In this document: in pieces, positions 35,946 to 47,482 of the stretch
Layout: every line of letters begins with the position of its first letter
Position numbering within the stretch: the first letter of the stretch is position 1
Assembly (NCBI RefSeq): GCF_003334765.1
Contig: NZ_QOWT01000007.1
Strand: one strand, 5' to 3'
Source: Escherichia coli
GTDB lineage: Bacteria; Pseudomonadota; Gammaproteobacteria; Enterobacterales; Enterobacteriaceae
DNA: 64,000 bases
Notes under the pieces: generated by a model
The model's input: only the letters and a program-made list of their open reading frames with translations
Databases searched by the model: none
What the model was told of the DNA's origin: nothing
Made by a program: the position numbers and the translations under genes

Positions 35946-36079
35946 TCTTTGCCCTGTTCCGTTTCGATCTTAACTCCAGCTCAAGCAACACCGTAAAAGT
36001 TGCAAAAACGTTAAATGCGTCACACATTTCAATGTTAAAGTGGTCGGCTTTTCCCCTGAAACATGCCACGGGTAACACC

Positions 36080-37270
36080 ATGAGTGAATTTATTGCCGAA
36101 AACCGCGGCGCGGATGCCATCACCCGACCGAACTGGTCAGCCGTTTTCTCGGTGGCGTTTTGTGTCGCCTGTCTGATTATCGTTGAGTTTTTGCCCGTCA
36201 GTTTGTTGACGCCAATGGCCCAGGATTTAGGCATTTCGGAAGGGGTTGCCGGGCAATCGGTGACCGTGACCGCCTTTGTGGCAATGTTTGCCAGTTTGTT
36301 TATTACCCAGACAATTCAGGCTACTGACCGCCGCTACGTTGTTATTTTGTTTGCCGTTTTGCTGACGCTCTCCTGCTTGCTGGTTTCCTTTGCTAACTCA
36401 TTCAGTTTGCTTTTAATCGGTCGTGCCTGTCTGGGGCTGGCGCTGGGCGGGTTCTGGGCGATGTCGGCGTCGCTGACCATGCGTCTGGTGCCGCCGCGTA
36501 CGGTGCCGAAGGCGCTGTCGGTGATCTTCGGCGCGGTTTCTATTGCGCTGGTGATTGCCGCGCCGTTGGGCAGTTTTTTAGGCGAGCTTATCGGTTGGCG
36601 CAATGTCTTTAATGCGGCGGCGGTGATGGGCGTGCTGTGTATTTTCTGGATTATCAAATCATTGCCTTCACTGCCAGGCGAACCCTCGCATCAGAAACAA
36701 AATACTTTCCGCTTATTACAACGTCCGGGTGTGATGGCAGGGATGATCGCCATCTTCATGTCTTTCGCCGGGCAGTTTGCTTTCTTCACGTATATTCGCC
36801 CGGTGTATATGAACCTGGCGGGATTCGGCGTGGATGGCTTAACGCTGGTGCTGTTGAGTTTTGGTATCGCCAGCTTTATTGGTACGTCGCTTTCGTCGTT
36901 CATTCTTAAACGTTCGGTAAAACTGGCCTTAGCAGGCGCGCCGTTAATACTGGCTGTGAGTGCGTTGGTACTGACGTTGTGGGGAAGCGATAAAATCGTT
37001 GCTACCGGCGTGGCGATTATCTGGGGGCTAACTTTTGCATTGGTTCCCGTCGGCTGGTCAACGTGGATCACCCGCTCGCTGGCCGATCAGGCAGAAAAAG
37101 CCGGGTCTATTCAGGTGGCGGTTATTCAGCTTGCTAATACCTGTGGCGCGGCAATCGGCGGTTATGCGCTGGATAATATTGGTCTGACTTCGCCGTTGAT
37201 GTTGTCCGGCACATTGATGTTGCTGACTGCATTGTTGGTTACTGCAAAGGTGAAAATGAAGAAATCCTGA
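36080..37270 (+). CDS. nepI: Purine ribonucleoside efflux pump NepI (MFS)
   Basis: 396 aa from [23 protein letters not shown]; the track ORF runs upstream through the REP. Confidence 0.85.
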   Translation: MSEFIAENRGADAITRPNWSAVFSVAFCVACLIIVEFLPVSLLTPMAQDLGISEGVAGQSVTVTAFVAMFASLFITQTIQATDRRYVVILFAVLLTLSCLLVSFANSFSLLLIGRACLGLALGGFWAMSASLTMRLVPPRTVPKALSVIFGAVSIALVIAAPLGSFLGELIGWRNVFNAAAVMGVLCIFWIIKSLPSLPGEPSHQKQNTFRLLQRPGVMAGMIAIFMSFAGQFAFFTYIRPVYMNLAGFGVDGLTLVLLSFGIASFIGTSLSSFILKRSVKLALAGAPLILAVSALVLTLWGSDKIVATGVAIIWGLTFALVPVGWSTWITRSLADQAEKAGSIQVAVIQLANTCGAAIGGYALDNIGLTSPLMLSGTLMLLTALLVTAKVKMKKS

Positions 37271-37310
37271 TATCAGGTAAAGAAGCGTTGGTCAGTAGTT
37301 GTTGCTGTTC

Positions 37311-37604
37311 TTACATATCCGGGCATTCTACCTTACCCAACGCTTCCCAATAATTGCTCTGATTATTACGTTCCATCGCCACGATGGCCTCGCGTATATG
37401 TTGTTTATTGTTTTCATCTGACAACATTAACTTTTCCCACGCTTCATCTGATAATGACGCCTGTGGCGTGCAAATTTTACGTAAATCTTGTAATACCGTG
37501 GTTTTCTCTTTTGCGGACTGCAGTGAGCTAAAAGGCGACTCGGCGTATACGATGCCTGGCATAGCGAAAAAAGTGAAAATAAGCAGTAGTGTCGTTGGTT
37601 TCAT
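37311..37604 (-). CDS. yicS: Small secreted protein YicS
   Basis: 97 aa with signal peptide MKPTTLLLIFTFFAMPGIVYA. Confidence 0.75.
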   Translation of the reverse strand: MKPTTLLLIFTFFAMPGIVYAESPFSSLQSAKEKTTVLQDLRKICTPQASLSDEAWEKLMLSDENNKQHIREAIVAMERNNQSNYWEALGKVECPDM

Positions 37605-37825
37605 GGATTCAACCTTTTACAAATGTGTATCGAATGAAGCATAAGTGTAGTTTGCTTTCATCGCTCTCATCATGCTGTACGAAACGCGCTTGCGTGGTCA
37701 GTAAGAAGTGCCAGACTTTATATTCCACTTTTATTCCTTTTTATTCTTATCGATAGCGTTTCGTTTTTTAAACCGCAGCGACCTTACCGCTATAGTCAGG
37801 TAATCATTAATAAAAGGATAAAAAA

Positions 37826-38644
37826 ATGAAACTGACAACACATCATCTACGGACAGGGGCCGCATTATTGCTGGCCGGAATTCTGCTGGCAGGTTGCGAC
37901 CAGAGTAGCAGCGATGCAAAACACATTAAAGTTGGCGTTATAAATGGCGCAGAACAAGATGTCGCGGAAGTCGCTAAAAAGGTGGCAAAAGAGAAATATG
38001 GCCTCGATGTTGAACTGGTAGGATTTAGCGGTTCGTTGCTACCGAACGATGCGACAAATCATGGCGAACTTGATGCGAATGTCTTCCAGCATCGACCCTT
38101 TCTTGAACAAGATAATCAGGCGCATGGTTATAAACTGGTAGCGGTGGGAAATACGTTTGTCTTCCCTATGGCGGGTTATTCCAAAAAAATCAAAACCGTG
38201 GCGCAAATAAAAGAAGGCGCGACAGTGGCGATCCCCAACGACCCGACCAACCTTGGTCGCGCACTTTTACTGTTGCAAAAAGAGAAGCTAATTACTCTGA
38301 AAGAGGGAAAAGGGTTATTACCTACCGCGCTGGATATAACCGATAATCCTCGTCATTTGCAGATTATGGAACTCGAGGGGGCGCAGCTCCCGCGCGTACT
38401 GGATGATCCCAAAGTTGATGTAGCGATTATCAGCACCACTTACATTCAGCAGACCGGGCTTTCTCCGGTGCACGACAGCGTATTTATTGAAGATAAGAAT
38501 TCGCCGTATGTGAATATTTTGGTGGCACGGGAAGATAATAAGAATGCAGAAAACGTGAAGGAATTTCTGCAATCTTATCAATCACCCGAAGTCGCTAAAG
38601 CGGCAGAAACCATTTTTAACGGTGGCGCGGTGCCTGGCTGGTAA
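37826..38644 (+). CDS. nlpA: Lipoprotein 28, methionine-binding (MetQ paralog)
   Basis: 272 aa with lipobox LLAGC; sequence recognised as NlpA. Confidence 0.9.
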   Translation: MKLTTHHLRTGAALLLAGILLAGCDQSSSDAKHIKVGVINGAEQDVAEVAKKVAKEKYGLDVELVGFSGSLLPNDATNHGELDANVFQHRPFLEQDNQAHGYKLVAVGNTFVFPMAGYSKKIKTVAQIKEGATVAIPNDPTNLGRALLLLQKEKLITLKEGKGLLPTALDITDNPRHLQIMELEGAQLPRVLDDPKVDVAIISTTYIQQTGLSPVHDSVFIEDKNSPYVNILVAREDNKNAENVKEFLQSYQSPEVAKAAETIFNGGAVPGW

Positions 38645-38647
38645 TTC

Positions 38648-39571
38648 TCACTTATGCCGCGCCGGACGATTTATTTTTCTGGCGCGGCGACGGGAATCCA
38701 TTGAAATCAAAATCACCGATGACAGAATCAGCAGCGTTCCCAGCCAGTCCGGTAATGTGAACGTGATCCCCAGCAACAGCAAAGAGAGTAGCGCGCTACT
38801 TAATGGTTCTGCACAGCTCAAAATGCTGGCTTTTGGACCGCCAATTAATTGTGCTCCTTTCAGGTACAGACTAAATGTCAGGGACGTACCAATGACCACC
38901 AAATAAAAAAACGCCAGAATCAAACTGCCGTTAACGACAAAGTTTGTTCCTTGTCTGGCATAAAAAGGCAACAGAATCAGACCGCCAATCAGCATACTCC
39001 AGCCGACGACTGGTAACGTGCCATAGCGGGCAATTAGCGTTGAGGGATAGGTGGTATAGAATGCAGCAGCAAATGCCGAGGCAATGCCCCAGAACAACGC
39101 GGCAGGAGAGATCGATAATGACGTCGGATTACCGTGTGTCACCAATAAAAAAGTCCCGACCAGCGATGTCAAAATAGCGCAGAAAACCAGAATGCCCGGG
39201 CGCGATTTACGCACCAGTGAGAACCAGGCGACGATAATCGTCGGTGAGAGGAATTGCAGCACCGTTGCCGTGGCTGCGTTCGATTTTTCGATGGTTAGCA
39301 AAAAAGTGAGCTGTACAGTTAGCGCGCCAACCACGGAAAAAATCAGCAGGCTAATGGCATCTTTATGATTGTTAATAATAGAAAAGATTTTATCGCCATG
39401 AACAAATGACAGCGTCAGTAGAATCAAACCGGCGAATATCAAACGCGTCATAGTCAAAAACTGCGACGACATCTGGCTTTGCTCCATGATGTATTGCGCG
39501 CAGACCCCTGAACTTCCCCACAACACGGCGGCAATCAGAACGTTCAGCATCCCCTTTCTGGTGGAACCCAT
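38648..39571 (-). CDS. yicL: EamA-family (DMT) inner membrane transporter YicL
   Basis: 307-aa 10-TM ORF. Confidence 0.85.
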
Positions 39572-39681
39572 TTTTCCCTCTGCATACTGTTTTGTCGTTT
39601 ATGTATGCAGGCATGATAGCAAAAATGGCGAGGATGGCTCTGTTTGCGCCACGCCGATTTTTCTTAGCCCAGACTGGTGAG

Positions 39682-40866
39682 CTAAATATCTTTAATAAAC
39701 AGCAGGCAAATCATCGCAATACCCAACATCCCTATCGCCAGCCAGAACAACGCATGGTAGCTCCAGATTTCAACCATAATTCCGTCAACAGAGCCGGCGA
39801 TAATCCAGCCGACGCGTGAAGTATTTGCATATAACGTTGTCGCAGAGCCTATTTTTTCAGGCATCAAGTCCTGAAAATAAAGCATGCCGATACCACAGAG
39901 AATACCAAGGAAGATGGCATTAAGAATTTGCAATTCCAGCTCAACCGCCGGAGTCGTCGCCATGAGTACGCTGGCGTAAAAACACATTCCACTCACGATA
40001 GCAATGAGCATTAATAGTCGCTTGCCAATACGTTTCATGTAATAGCCTGCGATTAACATCATCGGAATTTCCAGACCGGCAGCGATACCAATCATTTCTC
40101 CAGCCAGTTTATCGGTTAGATGCAGTTCATCAATAATAAATAGCGGCATATTTATCATGTAGAGATTATTCGCCGCCCACATCATTGAACAGACCACAAA
40201 AAGTAGCCGCGTATCCCGCTTCCTGTGGGTGGAGGGTAAAATTTCTACGGGTTGGGTAACGACAGGAATATTTCTTTGTATTGATGGCAAAAACAACCAG
40301 ACTATCAGTCCGCAAACAACAAATGCGATGGCAGCGGTGAGATACATCACTTTAAAACTAAATCCCATTGCCAGTTCATAAGCGAGCGGTGGCCCGATAA
40401 CCCAGGCAAGCGAGATCTGAGCACGTAAAAATGTACTGAACATGACCGTCTCACGGCCTGTTCTGTCGGCGTGTTCACGGGCGAGGGCGAACATTTGCGG
40501 GTTTGCGGTGGAAGCAAAACTACTCAGAAGTACGCCCGTTGAGAGGAGAATGAAGTAGTTGCGATTCCACGCAAAAAGCGTGCAGGCCAGCACTCCAAAT
40601 AAGCAACATAGCAGAATCAGTAATTTACGGTCGCCTTGTTTATCGGAGTGCCTTGCCAGAAATTGACTGACCAGAATTCCCATAATAGCGCTACCGGTGA
40701 AGAAAAAACCTACCATTATAGGACGGGCTTTCAGTTCATCTGCGAGGAATATACTTAGGGTAGGAGTCTGAAGAGCGCCCGCAATACCCGTCAGAAAGGC
40801 GACAAGTAAAAATGCCGCGGCAGTGAGATCAAGTATTTTTGATGGAGTGGTAGCCGTTTTTTGCAT
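39682..40866 (-). CDS. setC: Sugar efflux transporter SetC (MFS)
   Basis: 394-aa MFS ORF starting MQKTATTPSKILDLTAAAFLLVAF. Confidence 0.85.
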   Translation of the reverse strand: MQKTATTPSKILDLTAAAFLLVAFLTGIAGALQTPTLSIFLADELKARPIMVGFFFTGSAIMGILVSQFLARHSDKQGDRKLLILLCCLFGVLACTLFAWNRNYFILLSTGVLLSSFASTANPQMFALAREHADRTGRETVMFSTFLRAQISLAWVIGPPLAYELAMGFSFKVMYLTAAIAFVVCGLIVWLFLPSIQRNIPVVTQPVEILPSTHRKRDTRLLFVVCSMMWAANNLYMINMPLFIIDELHLTDKLAGEMIGIAAGLEIPMMLIAGYYMKRIGKRLLMLIAIVSGMCFYASVLMATTPAVELELQILNAIFLGILCGIGMLYFQDLMPEKIGSATTLYANTSRVGWIIAGSVDGIMVEIWSYHALFWLAIGMLGIAMICLLFIKDI

Positions 40867-41502
40867 TCTTCTGAATCACCGGGCGAAAAAATATAACTGA
40901 GTTACAAATAAGTACCAGTCGAATGAGTATTGTATTAAGAATTTTTGAGTATCGCTGATACAACCAGAAAGCAATGCTAGCGCAATATTATAGGGCCAGC
41001 AATTGAGATTATTAGTAAAAGCATGTTAAGAATTAATTACCGAATTTATATATTAATTATAGTAAGGCAATGAGCTATTTTTGATAGTAAAAATAAAACA
41101 AGTTGATTTGATATATTAAATGAACAAATTAATCTTGATGGCAGTCTGATTATTGGTGAAGTTTATAGTCAGTTTTTTTCGCCAGCGGTTAAAGAAATAG
41201 AATAGTCGTATAAAAAAGGGTGTTCTGGGGCGAGTAAAACAACATCTTCACCTTAATGGCGATACAGTTGGCTGAGAGTCAGCAGGGGGGCAAATCACCT
41301 GCAAATAAACACGGCGCATACTGGCGTGAATATCGCGGATGCGTTCGAGGACAGAAGAACCGACAGGCGGATTCTTCAGCCGCTCATCGTCCATCACAAA
41401 ACCTTAGACCAGGTATTCCTGAAGCCGATTGAATATTGAGCAGTAGAAAATATCTGGATTGACAGTATTACAAGGGGTTGGAGAACGTCAGGAGAGGCAT
41501 TT

Positions 41503-41597
41503 TGGCGGAAGATCACAGGAGTCGAACCTGCCCGGGACCGCTGGCGGCCCCAACTGGATTTGAAGTCCAGCCGCCTCACCGGAGACGACGATCTTCC
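41503..41597 (-). tRNA. selC: tRNA-Sec (selenocysteine tRNA, UCA anticodon)
   Basis: Reverse complement is GGAAGATCGTCGTCTCCGGTGAGGCGGCTGGACTTCAAATCCAGTTGGGGCCGCCAGCGGTCCCGGGCAGGTTCGACTCCTGTGATCTTCCGCCA, the 95-nt E. coli selC sequence with the long variable arm. Confidence 0.97.
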
Positions 41598-41889
41598 GCG
41601 CCTCGATTGCTACATGGAGGCGGGGCGCATTATAGCTACTTCCTTGAGTTTCTACATCCCCCAGATCAGTTTTTTCCGCCTAATACACGCAGCGTATTAT
41701 CACGAAAGCATTATAGTTCATATAAAATCCATATTTTACAATGATATATGAGCGGAATTAACGCTACCACGATCACATAAAACAAGAATCATAAATTAAT
41801 AACCAGATATCGGAATATTCGCTCTCACAGGGATGGTTTACAAAATGCGTTATCGGTCTCAGCACCCCTATAGCATCAAGGAAAAGTAG

Positions 41890-43272
41890 ATGAAGAGTGA
41901 AGTGTTGTCCGTTAAAGAGAAAATTGGTTATGGCATGGGAGACGCCGCCAGCCACATTATTTTCGATAACGTAATGTTATATATGATGTTCTTTTATACC
42001 GATATTTTTGGCATTCCTGCCGGATTTGTCGGAACCATGTTTTTGGTCGCTCGTGCACTGGATGCGATTTCCGATCCTTGCATGGGGTTGTTGGCCGATC
42101 GAACGCGCTCTCGCTGGGGTAAATTTCGTCCGTGGGTACTGTTTGGCGCACTGCCATTTGGGATCGTCTGTGTACTGGCCTATAGCACGCCAGATCTCAG
42201 TATGAACGGAAAAATGATTTATGCAGCAATTACTTACACCCTACTTACCTTACTTTATACCGTCGTCAATATCCCTTACTGCGCATTGGGTGGTGTAATC
42301 ACCAATGACCCGACTCAGCGTATCTCGCTGCAATCCTGGCGTTTTGTGCTGGCGACCGCGGGAGGCATGCTTTCTACGGTTCTGATGATGCCACTGGTTA
42401 ATTTAATTGGTGGTGATAATAAACCACTCGGTTTCCAGGGTGGTATCGCGGTCCTTTCCGTGGTGGCATTCATGATGCTGGCATTCTGTTTCTTCACCAC
42501 TAAAGAACGCGTTGAAGCACCACCTACAACGACGTCTATGCGGGAAGATTTACGTGATATCTGGCAAAACGACCAGTGGCGGATTGTCGGTTTACTAACC
42601 ATTTTCAATATCCTGGCGGTGTGCGTACGCGGTGGAGCGATGATGTATTACGTCACATGGATTTTGGGTACGCCGGAAGTGTTTGTCGCTTTTCTCACCA
42701 CTTATTGCGTGGGTAACCTGATTGGTTCCGCTCTGGCAAAACCGCTGACCGACTGGAAATGTAAAGTCACTATTTTCTGGTGGACGAACGCCCTGCTGGC
42801 AGTGATTAGCCTCGCGATGTTCTTTGTTCCCATGCAGGCCAGCATCACTATGTTTGTCTTCATCTTCGTGATTGGTGTGTTGCATCAACTGGTGACACCT
42901 ATCCAGTGGGTAATGATGTCCGATACCGTCGACTACGGCGAGTGGTGCAATGGTAAACGCCTGACCGGGATCAGTTTTGCTGGCACGCTGTTTGTGCTCA
43001 AACTGGGGTTGGCCTTCGGCGGCGCTCTTATCGGCTGGATGCTGGCTTATGGCGGATATGATGCGGCAGAAAAAGCGCAGAACAGCGCCACGATTAGCAT
43101 CATTATTGCGCTATTCACGATTGTTCCGGCGATCTGTTATTTGCTGAGCGCGATTATCGCTAAACGCTACTACTCACTCACGACGCACAATCTGAAAACC
43201 GTTATGGAACAGCTGGCCCAGGGCAAACGCCGTTGCCAGCAACAATTCACCTCTCAAGAAGTGCAGAACTAA
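41890..43272 (+). CDS. yicJ: GPH-family sugar (xyloside-type) transporter YicJ
   Basis: 460-aa ORF; upstream of and co-oriented with the GH31 gene. Confidence 0.85.
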   Translation: MKSEVLSVKEKIGYGMGDAASHIIFDNVMLYMMFFYTDIFGIPAGFVGTMFLVARALDAISDPCMGLLADRTRSRWGKFRPWVLFGALPFGIVCVLAYSTPDLSMNGKMIYAAITYTLLTLLYTVVNIPYCALGGVITNDPTQRISLQSWRFVLATAGGMLSTVLMMPLVNLIGGDNKPLGFQGGIAVLSVVAFMMLAFCFFTTKERVEAPPTTTSMREDLRDIWQNDQWRIVGLLTIFNILAVCVRGGAMMYYVTWILGTPEVFVAFLTTYCVGNLIGSALAKPLTDWKCKVTIFWWTNALLAVISLAMFFVPMQASITMFVFIFVIGVLHQLVTPIQWVMMSDTVDYGEWCNGKRLTGISFAGTLFVLKLGLAFGGALIGWMLAYGGYDAAEKAQNSATISIIIALFTIVPAICYLLSAIIAKRYYSLTTHNLKTVMEQLAQGKRRCQQQFTSQEVQN

Positions 43273-43281
43273 GGAACGGCA

Positions 43282-45600
43282 ATGAAAATTAGCGATGGAA
43301 ACTGGTTGATTCAACCTGGCCTCAATTTGATTCACCCGCTTCAGGTGTTCGAGGTTGAACAGCAGGGTAATGAAATGGTGGTCTATGCTGCCCCCCGTGA
43401 TGTGCGTGAACGTACCTGGCAGCTTGATACGCCTTTATTTACGCTGCGCTTTTTCTCCCCACAGGAAGGTATTGTCGGTGTACGGATTGAGCATTTTCAG
43501 GGGGCGCTGAATAACGGTCCTCATTACCCACTCAATATTTTGCAGGACGTGAAGGTCACAATCGAAAACACAGAGCGTTATGCTGAGTTTAAAAGTGGCA
43601 ACTTAAGTGCGCGTGTCAGCAAAGGTGAGTTCTGGTCACTGGATTTTCTGCGCAACGGCGAACGTATTACCGGTAGTCAGGTGAAAAATAATGGCTACGT
43701 GCAGGACACGAATAATCAACGAAATTATATGTTTGAGCGGCTGGATCTTGGCGTTGGCGAAACAGTTTATGGTCTGGGAGAGCGCTTCACTGCCCTGGTG
43801 CGCAATGGTCAAACGGTAGAGACCTGGAACCGGGACGGCGGCACAAGTACTGAACAGGCGTATAAAAATATCCCGTTCTACATGACTAACCGTGGTTATG
43901 GGGTACTGGTCAATCATCCCCAATGCGTCTCTTTTGAAGTGGGATCGGAGAAAGTCTCCAAAGTGCAGTTCAGCGTTGAGAGTGAATATCTCGAATACTT
44001 TGTTATCGACGGTCCGACGCCGAAAGCGGTACTTGATCGTTATACCCGCTTTACTGGTCGTCCGGCGCTGCCGCCCGCGTGGTCCTTCGGTCTGTGGCTA
44101 ACCACTTCATTTACCACCAACTACGACGAGGCGACAGTAAACAGCTTTATCGATGGTATGGCGGAACGCAATCTGCCACTGCATGTTTTCCACTTTGACT
44201 GTTTCTGGATGAAAGCCTTCCAGTGGTGCGATTTTGAGTGGGACCCGCTGACTTTCCCGGACCCGGAAGGGATGATCCGCCGCCTGAAAGCGAAAGGGCT
44301 GAAAATCTGCGTCTGGATTAACCCCTATATCGGGCAAAAATCCCCCGTCTTTAAAGAGTTACAAGAGAAAGGCTATTTACTCAAACGCCCGGACGGTTCG
44401 CTGTGGCAGTGGGATAAATGGCAGCCAGGTCTGGCGATTTATGACTTTACCAATCCGGATGCCTGCACATGGTACGCCGACAAACTGAAAGGTCTGGTCG
44501 CGATGGGCGTTGATTGCTTTAAGACCGACTTTGGCGAACGTATCCCAACCGATGTTCAGTGGTTTGACGGTTCCGATCCGCAGAAAATGCATAACCATTA
44601 TGCGTACATCTACAACGAACTGGTGTGGAACGTGCTCAAGGACACCGTTGGTGAGGAAGAAGCCGTCTTGTTTGCCCGCTCGGCCTCCGTTGGTGCGCAG
44701 AAATTCCCGGTACACTGGGGTGGTGACTGTTACGCTAACTACGAATCAATGGCGGAAAGCCTGCGCGGTGGTTTGTCTATTGGCCTTTCAGGTTTTGGCT
44801 TCTGGAGCCACGATATCGGCGGCTTTGAAAATACCGCTCCGGCACACGTTTACAAACGCTGGTGCGCGTTTGGTTTGCTCTCCAGCCATAGCCGTTTACA
44901 TGGCAGCAAATCTTATCGTGTGCCGTGGGCCTACGATGATGAGTCCTGTGATGTGGTGCGCTTCTTCACGCAACTGAAATGCCGCATGATGCCGTATCTG
45001 TATCGTGAAGCTGCGCGTGCAAACACGCGGGGTACGCCGATGATGCGGGCCATGATGATGGAGTTCCCGGACGATCCGGCTTGTGATTACCTTGACCGTC
45101 AATACATGTTAGGCGACAACGTGATGGTTGCGCCGGTGTTCACTGAAGCGGGCGATGTGCAGTTCTACCTGCCGGAAGGTCGCTGGACACACCTGTGGCA
45201 CAACGATGAACTCGACGGTAGTCGCTGGCATAAACAGCAGCACAGCTTCCTGAGTCTGCCCGTTTATGTGCGTGATAACACTCTACTGGCGCTGGGCAAC
45301 AACGATCAACGTCCCGATTACGCGTGGCACGAAGGCACGGCATTCCACCTCTTTAATCAGCAAGACGGGCATGAAGCCGTCTGTGAAGTGCCCGCTGCTG
45401 ACGGTTCGGTGATCTTTACTCTAAAAGCAACACGTACTGGTAACACGATTACTGTGATTGGTGCGGGCGAGGCGAGGAACTGGACACTGTGCTTGCGCAA
45501 TGTTGTGAAAGTAAATGGTCTGCAAGGCGGTTCGCAGGCTGAAAGTGAGCAGGGGCTGGTGGTGAAGCCTCAAGGGAATGCGCTGACAATTACGTTGTAA
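43282..45600 (+). CDS. yicI: Alpha-xylosidase (GH31)
   Basis: 772-aa ORF with GH31 hallmarks (WIDMNE-like and GGDCY regions). Confidence 0.9.
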   Translation: MKISDGNWLIQPGLNLIHPLQVFEVEQQGNEMVVYAAPRDVRERTWQLDTPLFTLRFFSPQEGIVGVRIEHFQGALNNGPHYPLNILQDVKVTIENTERYAEFKSGNLSARVSKGEFWSLDFLRNGERITGSQVKNNGYVQDTNNQRNYMFERLDLGVGETVYGLGERFTALVRNGQTVETWNRDGGTSTEQAYKNIPFYMTNRGYGVLVNHPQCVSFEVGSEKVSKVQFSVESEYLEYFVIDGPTPKAVLDRYTRFTGRPALPPAWSFGLWLTTSFTTNYDEATVNSFIDGMAERNLPLHVFHFDCFWMKAFQWCDFEWDPLTFPDPEGMIRRLKAKGLKICVWINPYIGQKSPVFKELQEKGYLLKRPDGSLWQWDKWQPGLAIYDFTNPDACTWYADKLKGLVAMGVDCFKTDFGERIPTDVQWFDGSDPQKMHNHYAYIYNELVWNVLKDTVGEEEAVLFARSASVGAQKFPVHWGGDCYANYESMAESLRGGLSIGLSGFGFWSHDIGGFENTAPAHVYKRWCAFGLLSSHSRLHGSKSYRVPWAYDDESCDVVRFFTQLKCRMMPYLYREAARANTRGTPMMRAMMMEFPDDPACDYLDRQYMLGDNVMVAPVFTEAGDVQFYLPEGRWTHLWHNDELDGSRWHKQQHSFLSLPVYVRDNTLLALGNNDQRPDYAWHEGTAFHLFNQQDGHEAVCEVPAADGSVIFTLKATRTGNTITVIGAGEARNWTLCLRNVVKVNGLQGGSQAESEQGLVVKPQGNALTITL

Positions 45601-45652
45601 TCTATTGATGGAATGCCGGGTACGTCTGAGTCGTACCCGACGAGATTGATGT

Positions 45653-47362
45653 TTACTGCACCGGCTCCGTCGATGTAACTTCACCGCTGGAAACGACGCC
45701 CGCATTCATGGTTTGAGTCACTTGCTGCTTTGCGGCGTTCACGGCATGCAATTGCCCGCTAACCGTAGGTTTCAGCGGGGCATTGGCCTGAATATCTCCA
45801 CTGGCGGTAAGCTGAATATTGCCGTCGCCAGTCAACGGTAATTCAGGCCATCCCCATTGTTGCAAAATATTCACCGGCACACCGCGTCCATTCAGGCTGA
45901 TATGGGTCTGACGTTGTGGCGTTTGTGAAACACTGGCGGTGGCTTCCAGAATGCCTTTTTCAGTAAATGCACTCAGTTCGCTGATATTCACCGTGCTGCT
46001 GTTGGCGGTCAGCGCCAGCGACGGGCGACGAACATCAACACGATTGAATGTCGCGGCGGCGGCATTCAGATTCGCCGAGCCACTCCAGACGCCCCATTTA
46101 TGATCGGTAACCAGCGTCAGGTTGGCACCGTAACCATCGAGCGTGGTGAGCTGCCACGGGAAGTCAGGGTCGATATCAATGATCAGATTGCGGCTGGCGC
46201 TAAATCTCTTCAGTTGCAGGCTGTTTAACCAACCGGGTGTCGTTTCCATCCACAACTGTTGCCAGTTTTTCGGCAAGGTATATTCCAGCCCGGCAATTGC
46301 CGCATCATCAAGGATCAACGTTTTCCCGTCACGCAGCCAGTTCCCTGACGTTCTGACCATACCCCCTTCCCAGCGGCTGGTGAACTGGCGCAGCGCTACG
46401 CCCTGCGGGGAAAATTCCGCGTTTATAATCGGGTCAAATAAATGCAGCGAACCATAAATGAACTCGCTAGCGTTCATCGACAGTTTGCCTTCTTGTGTCT
46501 GCCAGTCATCTTTACTGAAGGTCATGTTGCGCAAGCTGAGATCGAGGTCGGTCACCGCCCAGTCCGGACCTTGCAAACGAGCATCGATCACTTCCAGGCG
46601 ACCAATCTGCAACGACGGGACAGAGCGTAATGGCGCAAAGAAGTCGGTTAGCGATTTTTCGCTTTGTAGACGGATATCCGCCATGCGCAGGTTTTCCACT
46701 TGCCAGCTGCCGTCGGCGTTACGCTGCGCGTTTCCGGTTAATGTCCCGCGCGCGATGTCGGCACCCAGGTTAGTCAGCGTAACGCGATCGTTATCAATAC
46801 TGCCTTCAATCAGTACATTGGTGGCAGGAACATCATTGAGCGAAAGCGATCCGGCACTAAACTGAATCTGCGCCTTCGTACCCAGCACTTTACCGGCTTC
46901 TGGTGACCACGGAACCACGCCGCCATTTACCCGCTGCGCGCTCAGTTTCCATTCGCTATTCGGGCTATTAAACGCCATATCACGCAGTTGCAGACGATCG
47001 GCTTTGAACGGTAGCGGCGCGGTCTGGTCGGTGAGATTCAGCGTCCCGTTTTCCAGCAGGATGGTATCGACATGGCGTGGTTCGGTCAGTTGCCGACTAC
47101 TTAGCGCAATGTCGACACTTTTGGCCACCAGGGTCGCGGGCTGGCCATCACGACCAAACGTGACATTCTCCAGCACGATATGAGATGGCGCGGAAAAACG
47201 GTGATCCATCGCCCCGAAGGCCAGATGATAGTCGCTATTCTCGGAAACCCATGCGCTGATATGTTCTGCTCCCCAGCGGGTTTGCAGAAGAAAATAGAGG
47301 CCAGCGATCACCACTAACAGAGCGATGAGAATGTAGAGAAGCAGCTTCCCAATAAATTTCAT
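45653..47362 (-). CDS. yicH: AsmA-family protein YicH
   Basis: 569 aa from MKFIGKLLLYILIALLVVIAGLYF (N-terminal TM anchor). Confidence 0.8.
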   Translation of the reverse strand: MKFIGKLLLYILIALLVVIAGLYFLLQTRWGAEHISAWVSENSDYHLAFGAMDHRFSAPSHIVLENVTFGRDGQPATLVAKSVDIALSSRQLTEPRHVDTILLENGTLNLTDQTAPLPFKADRLQLRDMAFNSPNSEWKLSAQRVNGGVVPWSPEAGKVLGTKAQIQFSAGSLSLNDVPATNVLIEGSIDNDRVTLTNLGADIARGTLTGNAQRNADGSWQVENLRMADIRLQSEKSLTDFFAPLRSVPSLQIGRLEVIDARLQGPDWAVTDLDLSLRNMTFSKDDWQTQEGKLSMNASEFIYGSLHLFDPIINAEFSPQGVALRQFTSRWEGGMVRTSGNWLRDGKTLILDDAAIAGLEYTLPKNWQQLWMETTPGWLNSLQLKRFSASRNLIIDIDPDFPWQLTTLDGYGANLTLVTDHKWGVWSGSANLNAAAATFNRVDVRRPSLALTANSSTVNISELSAFTEKGILEATASVSQTPQRQTHISLNGRGVPVNILQQWGWPELPLTGDGNIQLTASGDIQANAPLKPTVSGQLHAVNAAKQQVTQTMNAGVVSSGEVTSTEPVQ

Positions 47363-47482
47363 GGTCTTCCATCCCGTGAAATGCACATAAGGGAGTTATG
47401 CACGATTTACGCGCAATCCTCAAGGCGGGAATGGTGAAAGAGGTGAGACTGCGGCGGTAATTATCTTACCGCCGCCAGTGAA

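Noticed and set aside
40867-41502. Pathogenicity island or prophage inserted at selC
   Set aside because: Only 636 bp separate selC from setC; no integrase, att duplication or cargo genes are present.
41394-41744. Track ORFs 41394..41579 (-) and 41478..41744 (+) as protein genes
   Set aside because: They overlap the tRNA-Sec gene and its promoter region; artefacts of an RNA gene.
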